A stretch of DNA of 17,608 nt from contig JABXKD010000072.1 of NCBI GenBank assembly GCA_013375475.1, forward strand, positions 1-17,608. Reading direction: 5' to 3'. The notes beneath the pieces are model-generated. The model did not search any database and was not told where the DNA came from. It worked only from the letters and a program-made list of their open reading frames with translations. The stretch's first letter is position 1. Each line of letters opens with the position of its first letter. This DNA comes from Promethearchaeota archaeon. GTDB lineage: Archaea > Asgardarchaeota > Lokiarchaeia > Sigyniarchaeales > SOKP01. The position numbers and the translations under genes are program-made. Positions 1 to 6,133 of the stretch are shown here, piece after piece.

Positions 1-2
1 TT

Positions 3-458
3 AGAGGATTAAACATTATTGCCAAAGAAGGACTGAAAAATAAACAATTTTATACAGCAGCTACTCTCATTATGGAAAGCATAAAATTTTATGAACAACT
101 CGATACCGCAAAAGACTTCCTTGTTAACGAAATGTTAAGAAATGTGTATCGGTATTACTACCGAGCGGCAAATTTAAAGAAAATTGGATACTCACATATA
201 GTTCAATCTTATGTGATGGCTGCCATCTCTTCTATTCTTAACGGTAAAATTAATAAAGCCCTCGATATTCTTTCTGAGATAGAATCAGAAGGAACAACGG
301 TAAATAAATACAAAGAATTCGTTAAATTGATTATTAAATGGGTCTCAGAGGGAAAAGAAGTCGAGTTTAAAAATTTTCCATATGAATATCAGCGGATTAT
401 TCAAGGGTCCGAAGAAATAATATTTCTCTTAAAATTTTTTAAAGGATATAAAGCTTAA
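3..458 (+). CDS. 5'-truncated alpha-helical repeat (TPR/SNAP-like) protein, C-terminal part
   Basis: The frame is open from position 3 (RGLNIIAKEGLKNKQFYTAATLIMESIKFY...), so ATG 72 is probably internal. Ala/Tyr-patterned amphipathic helices (FYTAATLIMESIKFYEQL, SYVMAAISSILNGKINKALDIL) resemble TPR/SNAP repeats. Confidence 0.55.
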   Translation, partial: RGLNIIAKEGLKNKQFYTAATLIMESIKFYEQLDTAKDFLVNEMLRNVYRYYYRAANLKKIGYSHIVQSYVMAAISSILNGKINKALDILSEIESEGTTVNKYKEFVKLIIKWVSEGKEVEFKNFPYEYQRIIQGSEEIIFLLKFFKGYKA

Positions 459-616
459 AACTTCGAGTTATTATTATATTCTATCCGTATAGAAACAATA
501 TAAATAAATACATCATATTTTATCTTCTTTATAACAACATTTTATCATGTTGAGAATTTATCTATTAGAATACAATCACTTAAAATCAAACTTACAACTA
601 AATTAAGGTTTTAAAT

Positions 617-1744
617 ATGAGAAAACAATTAAAAGCAATATTGATAATTATACCCGTATTAATTGCTCTGGGGATTACTCTAACATTTGTACTCCCGTAT
701 TTTAAACAACCTGACCAACCACCTACCTCTAAGGGATTGGTTTACATTTATGTTCATTCATCGATTTACAGTGGATTGACTCCTGAAATACAGCAATATG
801 AAACTGATGTAAGTAATCAAGGATATGATACCAAAGTAATCAATTGGACATCGGCCATTGTAGCAACTTTAAAACAAAACCTAACTAATGCCTATCCTCT
901 TGGTTTGAAAGGTGCTGTCTTTATCGGTAATATTCCGCATGCTATGGTCGACATGTGGGGACAATATGCTAGTGATTTCTACTATATGGATCTTGATGGA
1001 CAATGGGATGATATATTTCCTCCAGATGGGATGCCAGAAGCTCATAGTAATGGAACAGGGGATATGTATCCAGAAATTTGGATTGGAAGAATAAATCCTT
1101 CATCATTAAACAATGTAAACATTACTCAAGCATATAAAGACTACTTTGCCAGAAATCACGCATACAGGATGGGAACACTTACTCGTCCTCATAAAGCATT
1201 ACTCTATATTGATGATAGTTGGTCACAATGGTATGACGAATATTTAAGCAATTTTACTGCCTATTCAGATGTAGATTGTTTCTGGGATAATTCAACTACT
1301 ACTCCTGCAAATTATTTAAATAATTTAACCCAGAATTACGAATTTGTGCAGTTACTAGTACATTCTACTCAACAAGATCATTACTTTGGTATTGGAAATC
1401 CTCCTTCAGAGGGATATGTAAATTATACCAATATTCTTAATACAAATACCACACCACTATTCTATAACTTATTCGCATGTTCTGCGTGTGATTTCACGAC
1501 TTCAAACAATCTCGGAACGCAGTATTTATTTTCAAATTCGTCATTAGCAGTAATTGGTAGCACAAGAACGGGAGGTATGAATATGTACCAAAGTTTTTAC
1601 GATGAATTGAACAATGGGAAAATATTTGGTGAAGCGCTAAAAACTTGGTTTAGAGATCCAAATTATGGTCCCTATGGTCCGTGGTGGTCCCATCAGTATT
1701 CAATGGGTATGACGATTCTGGGAGATCCGCTACTAACAATCTAA
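617..1744 (+). CDS. Membrane-anchored/secreted C25-family (gingipain-like, clan CD) cysteine peptidase
   Basis: N-terminal basic residues plus hydrophobic helix and Pro-rich linker. C25-like motifs: AVFIGNIP, SDFYYMDLDG, PEIWIGRI, putative catalytic His (LLVHS) and Cys (LFACSAC), AVIGSTR, C-terminal ILGDPLL. Confidence 0.8.
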   Translation: MRKQLKAILIIIPVLIALGITLTFVLPYFKQPDQPPTSKGLVYIYVHSSIYSGLTPEIQQYETDVSNQGYDTKVINWTSAIVATLKQNLTNAYPLGLKGAVFIGNIPHAMVDMWGQYASDFYYMDLDGQWDDIFPPDGMPEAHSNGTGDMYPEIWIGRINPSSLNNVNITQAYKDYFARNHAYRMGTLTRPHKALLYIDDSWSQWYDEYLSNFTAYSDVDCFWDNSTTTPANYLNNLTQNYEFVQLLVHSTQQDHYFGIGNPPSEGYVNYTNILNTNTTPLFYNLFACSACDFTTSNNLGTQYLFSNSSLAVIGSTRTGGMNMYQSFYDELNNGKIFGEALKTWFRDPNYGPYGPWWSHQYSMGMTILGDPLLTI

Positions 1745-1755
1745 AAATAATAACC

Positions 1756-1783
1756 TTTATTTTTTTTACCGTTTCTTTTTTTT
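1756..1783 (+). terminator. Archaeal oligo-T terminator after the C25 peptidase gene
   Basis: Two long T tracts starting 12 nt after the stop codon. Confidence 0.5.
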
Positions 1784-1819
1784 ATAAGATCGATAATAAC
1801 ATAACAAATTCTTAAAGTC

Positions 1820-2485
1820 ATGAATGAAATGATAAAAACTAAAGGTATTCTTCTAAGTTTTGATTTAGACAATACTTTGATCAATAATAGAGAAGGAATC
1901 GTTAACTCATTCAATTATGCTCTGAAAAAATATAATATTCCTACCCTTGAGAGGTTAGAAATAGAAAAAATGATTGGAACACCCTTAGATGACATGTTTA
2001 GACAAGTAACTGACAAAAATCCACAAGAATTATCTTTCGCTTTCCGCGAATACTATATAGAAAAAGGAATTTATCAAGGGAGTTTGTTACCTGGTGTCGA
2101 AGAAACACTAGAAGGCTTAAAACAGGAATCCTTTACTTTGGGTATAATTACTTCAAAAAGGCAAGATCTGGCGGTCCAAGTTACAAAGATTTTAGGCATT
2201 TTTAAATACTTTGAATATGTTATAGGAGAAAGTGAAAATGTAAAGAATAAGTTAGACCCTAATTTAAAAAAACACTTGTTAACTAAATACAGTGAATACG
2301 ACATCGTAATTATTGGAGATCATCCCAAAGATAGGGCTCTTGCTGAAAATATAAGCGCACCCTTCATAGGTGTTTTAACAGGAAACCATTCTGTTGAAGA
2401 ATTACGACGCGGATATACAACGAAAACATTAATACTAAGAAGTGTTAGCGAGTTGTTTCCAAATCTAATATATTCTTTATTTTAA
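1820..2485 (+). CDS. HAD-superfamily hydrolase (phosphoglycolate phosphatase-like, C1 cap)
   Basis: Motif I FDLDNTL, motif II IITSK, motif III Lys (NKLDP), motif IV IGDHPKD, and GVLTG. Confidence 0.9.
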   Translation: MNEMIKTKGILLSFDLDNTLINNREGIVNSFNYALKKYNIPTLERLEIEKMIGTPLDDMFRQVTDKNPQELSFAFREYYIEKGIYQGSLLPGVEETLEGLKQESFTLGIITSKRQDLAVQVTKILGIFKYFEYVIGESENVKNKLDPNLKKHLLTKYSEYDIVIIGDHPKDRALAENISAPFIGVLTGNHSVEELRRGYTTKTLILRSVSELFPNLIYSLF

Positions 2486-2531
2486 GAAATAATCTGGTTT
2501 AAAATATAAAAAAAGTAAAAAATAAAATTAA

Positions 2532-3986
2532 CTACTCCTTCAAATCCTCGTAAATTTTCATAAATTCTTCAGGTTTCCACTGTTCCTTCATGTATTTTCC
2601 AATTCCAGAGCTATCCCGAGGACCAACTACTACATAGGCATCGGCTTCGTCTTCTAAGGCTCCACTTAATCGTGCAGCCATACCTGGAATAATTAAAATG
2701 CGATGGTTTACCTTTTCAAACGCTCCAAATTCCTTTACGGCTTCCGCGATTGCTCCTGCACTAAATTGACCTCCGGCGACAGCTGATTCAATACCAATGC
2801 CTTCTGAATCCACAACTAAAAGATACGCATTTAAATTTGCTCCTTTAATATCAATTTCTACAGGAATTTTGGTTAACCGGTAATTCGAAGTCACAAAAAT
2901 AGCAGATTCTTTAGTTGGCTCTCCAATCTCATATAAACCAGGATCCGTTGTAGGATAAATACGAGGATCGCTGAATACGCTCTGTCTTAAAGTCATAATT
3001 GCTAATAAAACCCAGATATCTTCCTCCTCCTTACCACTATGGAGGACAATAAGGCTTGTATCTATGGATTCCATGATCGCTGCCATGATAATCTCTTGGT
3101 ATTGATGTTCCCAAAGCTTCTTTCCGTCATCAATTTTCACTTGGCTCCAATATGCAGCGGGTAATCCCATAATAGGGAAGCTTGCGTTTGCGTCTTCTTT
3201 ATCAATTGCAGCAATCCTCAATTGCAATATATTATCATAAGTTAAAGCTAAATTTCCTGGACCAAAAACAGTCATAGCGTCTAAAACTATTTCCTTTGCT
3301 CCAAGTTTCTGCAAAGAAGCACTTAACGACATCAATTCATCTAAATCATTTGAGACGGCTACGATAGGTAAATTATTTTGAACCGCAAATTTACCTACTT
3401 GTTCCCACGAATCTTTAGTTGCAGCATAAAGTAAAGGTTTTAACTCTTTTATACCATCAGCAGCAGCTATTAAAATTTCTGGATTCATGCAAGCTAACAT
3501 CACGGGGAGATCTGATACCTCTGTTAGTTTTTTTGCGGCAAGTTTAAATTGTTCAGCGTCTCCCGATACACATCTCAATGTAATTCCGTTTACTCTTAAC
3601 ACATCTCCCATTCTTTCAATCACTAAATCTGTTAAGTATTTAGCTGTTTTTTCCAGATCTGGATCGTCATCTGCAATTTCCATAAATATCGCTGTTTCGT
3701 TATAATATGTAAGTTGATGGCGATTGAGAACTTCTTCGCCCCCGATTACACATTGCCGATCACCAACTCCAACTAAAACCGATCTTTGTGGGGGAGTAAC
3801 AAGAGCGATTAATTTATCTCGCTTTTTCGCCTGTTTTGGATCCTGCATTAGATGCGTACAGTCTTGAACCTTGACTTTTCTTTCAAGTAAATCCGTACCA
3901 AATGCCATACATGTATCTCTACCACAATCTTGACAATTACTCTTATCTAAAAGAGCATAAATCTCTAATGGACTAGGTCTACCCAT
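2532..3986 (-). CDS. cdhE: Acetyl-CoA decarbonylase/synthase gamma subunit (corrinoid Fe-S protein large subunit, CdhE/AcsC)
   Basis: N-terminal 4Fe-4S motif NCQDCGRDTCMAF...DC, IGGEEVLNRH, central TIM barrel (KPLLYAAT), LRQSVFSDPR, and C-terminal B12-binding domain (PGLYEIG, VTSNY, ESAVAGGQF, LIIPGMAARLSG, VVVGPRDS). Purine-rich GGAGAGAG upstream of the start. Confidence 0.95.
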   Translation of the reverse strand: MGRPSPLEIYALLDKSNCQDCGRDTCMAFGTDLLERKVKVQDCTHLMQDPKQAKKRDKLIALVTPPQRSVLVGVGDRQCVIGGEEVLNRHQLTYYNETAIFMEIADDDPDLEKTAKYLTDLVIERMGDVLRVNGITLRCVSGDAEQFKLAAKKLTEVSDLPVMLACMNPEILIAAADGIKELKPLLYAATKDSWEQVGKFAVQNNLPIVAVSNDLDELMSLSASLQKLGAKEIVLDAMTVFGPGNLALTYDNILQLRIAAIDKEDANASFPIMGLPAAYWSQVKIDDGKKLWEHQYQEIIMAAIMESIDTSLIVLHSGKEEEDIWVLLAIMTLRQSVFSDPRIYPTTDPGLYEIGEPTKESAIFVTSNYRLTKIPVEIDIKGANLNAYLLVVDSEGIGIESAVAGGQFSAGAIAEAVKEFGAFEKVNHRILIIPGMAARLSGALEDEADAYVVVGPRDSSGIGKYMKEQWKPEEFMKIYEDLKE

Positions 3987-4117
3987 TTTACTCTCTCCAA
4001 AATTATTGTAAGTCTCTTTTTAAATCATTATTTAATATTTTTTTTATAGTTAGTGTAGTCTGAATTTACATTAAAAATTTATTAAAACGCATTGTTGTTA
4101 AAACACAAAATTTTGAG

Positions 4118-4240
4118 CTCTTCTTATATAATGAGAGAACATGTGAGAAGTTTGATTTTATAGAAAGAAAAAACTTTTGCGAAACAATACAATGTTGAGC
4201 TCAAATCTTCTCGTAGCTCTCTCTCTCAAAATAAGGGGAG
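4118..4240 (+). repeat. Long imperfect inverted repeat / candidate RNA hairpin
   Basis: CTCTTCTTAT (4118-4127) pairs with ATAAGGGGAG (4231-4240), TGAGAGA (4132-4138) with TCTCTCA (4222-4228), and GAGAAGTTTGA (4145-4155) with TCAAA-T-CTTCTC (4201-4212). The three helices are nested around a 45-nt loop. Confidence 0.65.
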
Positions 4241-4269
4241 ATGATGAGACACTATAATTTTAATTAGAA

Positions 4270-4281
4270 CATATTTAAACT
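4270..4281 (-). promoter_or_regulatory. TATA-like box AGTTTAAATATG facing cdhE
   Basis: Matches the archaeal TTTAWATA consensus. The identical 12-mer occurs at 5971-5982. Confidence 0.45.
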
Positions 4282-4442
4282 TCGAAATCTTTAATAATTT
4301 ATTCGAGTCCTCAGCATCAACTAGTTCCGCTTCTAAGTCATAAGTTTTAAAAAGATGCAAAACCTTTTTCTTTAAATATTAAAATCCTAAAGATAGTGTA
4401 TATGTCTATTCTAGTCAGAAATAGAATATTAAGGTTCTTTAG

Positions 4443-5681
4443 ATGAATGTTAAAAAGATGTATGGGATTTTTTTCTTAATCTATTTCACTTTGGGAATGT
4501 TGGAAGCGTATTTTGTTCTATACATTCCGTTGTTTTATTACGAGATTTTGGCTGTTAATCGAAACAATTTAGCATTCATCCAGTTCTTTGGATACCTGTC
4601 GTTAATATTAACGCCTCTTTTTGCTTACATTCTTGATGCTCATATAGAATCTGAACGAAATCATAAAATTTTTATATTTCTTTGCGCCTTTTTGTTATGT
4701 TCGTGCTTCTCAATTTTTCTTATTAATAAAAACATTCTATTATTGTATGGAATTTTTTTGGGCATTTATTTTCTTAGTAGGATGATTCTTCGTACAATAA
4801 TGAGTAAGATATTCCTCACACTAAGCGTGGAATCGCCAAAAATAAAACACCATATGATATTAATCGTAAATGGGGCAACAGGAGTTAGTTTTCTAGTCGT
4901 ATCGTTGGTTTTCGATTTTATTATTAAAGATGTTTTCTCTTTATTGCAATGGGAAATGTTCTTCATGATCGGTTGGTTGTTGACGTTACCATTACTCTCT
5001 ATAGTTTTATTTTTGAGAAATAACACTATATTCAAGAAAATTGAGTTAAAAAACGAAAAGCTCGATGTTAAAAGCGAAGAAACAAATAAGAAATTCCAAT
5101 CAGGGGTTTTAATATTTGGGATTTTTCTATTTGTCAGTTTTTTTTTAGCGTGTTCAGATCTTATCTTTTTATCGTTAGTAAGTTCATGGGTTTTTACTAG
5201 ATATAATGAGTCTTCATTACGATTTTACTTTGCATTTTACTATGTAATCACGATATTTTCACTTCTTGGATATCTATTTGCTTCAAGAATTGCTAAAAAA
5301 AGAAGTAATATTCTTTTACTCTTTATATTTTGTTGTGTCTATTTATTTTTCCTTGTTCTCCTACCGTTCTCAAATTTCCCAATGTTTTTATTGATTCAAT
5401 GTGGTCTTGCGTTTGCAGGTTATATAGCCAATTACATGTACGTATCTATTGCTCAAACTATTTCAGTGAACACGCGATACAAAACTTTTGTGTATCAGAT
5501 ATTAGTAATGTCCCAATCAATCGCAAATATTGTTTTTACTCCTCTAGGGACATCGTTATCTGCTTTCATCAGTGTGGAAATGTTGATTTTTCTCTCCTCA
5601 ATCTTATTTGCCTTTTCTTGCGGAATTCAATTAACTCTCGTATTGGTAAACAAAATCAAAAAAATTAAAGATTTTAGATAA
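4443..5681 (+). CDS. Major facilitator superfamily transporter, substrate unknown
   Basis: 412 aa with about 12 hydrophobic segments in a 6+6 arrangement, a Lys/Glu-rich central loop, degenerate motif A after TM2 (AYILDAH) and its repeat after TM8 (GYLFASRIAKKR). Confidence 0.85.
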   Translation: MNVKKMYGIFFLIYFTLGMLEAYFVLYIPLFYYEILAVNRNNLAFIQFFGYLSLILTPLFAYILDAHIESERNHKIFIFLCAFLLCSCFSIFLINKNILLLYGIFLGIYFLSRMILRTIMSKIFLTLSVESPKIKHHMILIVNGATGVSFLVVSLVFDFIIKDVFSLLQWEMFFMIGWLLTLPLLSIVLFLRNNTIFKKIELKNEKLDVKSEETNKKFQSGVLIFGIFLFVSFFLACSDLIFLSLVSSWVFTRYNESSLRFYFAFYYVITIFSLLGYLFASRIAKKRSNILLLFIFCCVYLFFLVLLPFSNFPMFLLIQCGLAFAGYIANYMYVSIAQTISVNTRYKTFVYQILVMSQSIANIVFTPLGTSLSAFISVEMLIFLSSILFAFSCGIQLTLVLVNKIKKIKDFR

Positions 5682-5760
5682 TAGCATTTTTCTATACAAC
5701 CAATACAAGAATCCAAGATCAGATCTCCTTACTAGGCCAGATATCTCGCATCATACTTAT

Positions 5761-5824
5761 AAAAAAAAGAAGAAATATAGTTTTCCCGCTTAGAGTTATG
5801 CGATAACTCCAAATGTGGGAGAAC
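5761..5824 (-). terminator. Stem-loop (5780-5824) followed on the minus strand by a T-rich tract
   Basis: GTTTTCCCGC/GTGGGAGAAC outer stem and perfect GAGTTAT/ATAACTC inner stem. The minus strand continues TATATTTCTTCTTTTTTTT. Confidence 0.5.
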
Positions 5825-5827
5825 AAT

Positions 5828-5860
5828 TTAGGGTGTAATTGCATAAGAAGGCATTAGCAT
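5828..5860 (-). CDS. Candidate micro-ORF MLMPSYAITP (or MPSYAITP from ATG 5854)
   Basis: SD-like TGAGGT at 5869-5864 (3 nt and 9 nt from the two ATGs), upstream TATA-like box at 5971-5982, downstream hairpin and T tract. Confidence 0.3.
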   Translation of the reverse strand: MLMPSYAITP

Positions 5861-5905
5861 CTTACCTCAACAATTTTATTACGATATTAAACTTATGATG
5901 ATTGA

Positions 5906-5931
5906 AATCGCTCTTAATATTATTAGCGATT
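5906..5931. promoter_or_regulatory. 26-bp near-perfect palindrome (candidate operator or hairpin)
   Basis: AATCGCT-ct-TAATATTA-tt-AGCGATT; 22 of 26 positions are symmetric. Confidence 0.5.
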
Positions 5932-5970
5932 CTATAAAACCTTTCCGTATCAATATTATTTCATAAACAG

Positions 5971-6020
5971 CATATTTAAACTCAAAGAAAAGAAAATTAG
6001 ACATACGAGTAGTTTAAATA
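5971..6020. promoter_or_regulatory. Back-to-back divergent TATA-like boxes
   Basis: TATTTAAACT (5973-5982) and AGTTTAAATA (6011-6020) are exact reverse complements; each reads AGTTTAAATA outward. Confidence 0.45.
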
Positions 6021-6133
6021 GTTAAAAAAAAAGCAAGCAATTATTAAATTTGAAAATTAGCGACATAACAAAATATATAAGTGGTTATAGCAAATAAATT
6101 TATAATTCTAAATTTCTAACGATACTAAATAGG

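Noticed and set aside
2532-3000. HgcA mercury methylase (CdhE homologue)
   Set aside because: The cap helix reads GIESAVAGGQF, not N(V/I)WCAAGK. There is no TM domain and no hgcB; the architecture is full-length CdhE.
3987-4260. Cobalamin riboswitch upstream of cdhE
   Set aside because: No B12-box or GGGAA/GCCACUG-type conserved elements on the minus strand.
4127-4360. Minus-strand frame (LHLFKTYDLEAELVDAED...LPLF-TGA-ERELRE...) as a selenoprotein readthrough
   Set aside because: No redox motif around the TGA, no recognisable SECIS, weak TTG start; probably chance or a remnant.
5719-5754. C/D box sRNA on the minus strand (ATGATGC...CTGA)
   Set aside because: Imperfect C box, only ~36 nt long, no proper D'/C' boxes or guide-length spacers.
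5895-5932. Eukaryote-like SECIS or C/D RNA beginning at ATGATGA
   Set aside because: No correctly placed 3' GA partner or CTGA box, and no adjacent UGA-containing gene.
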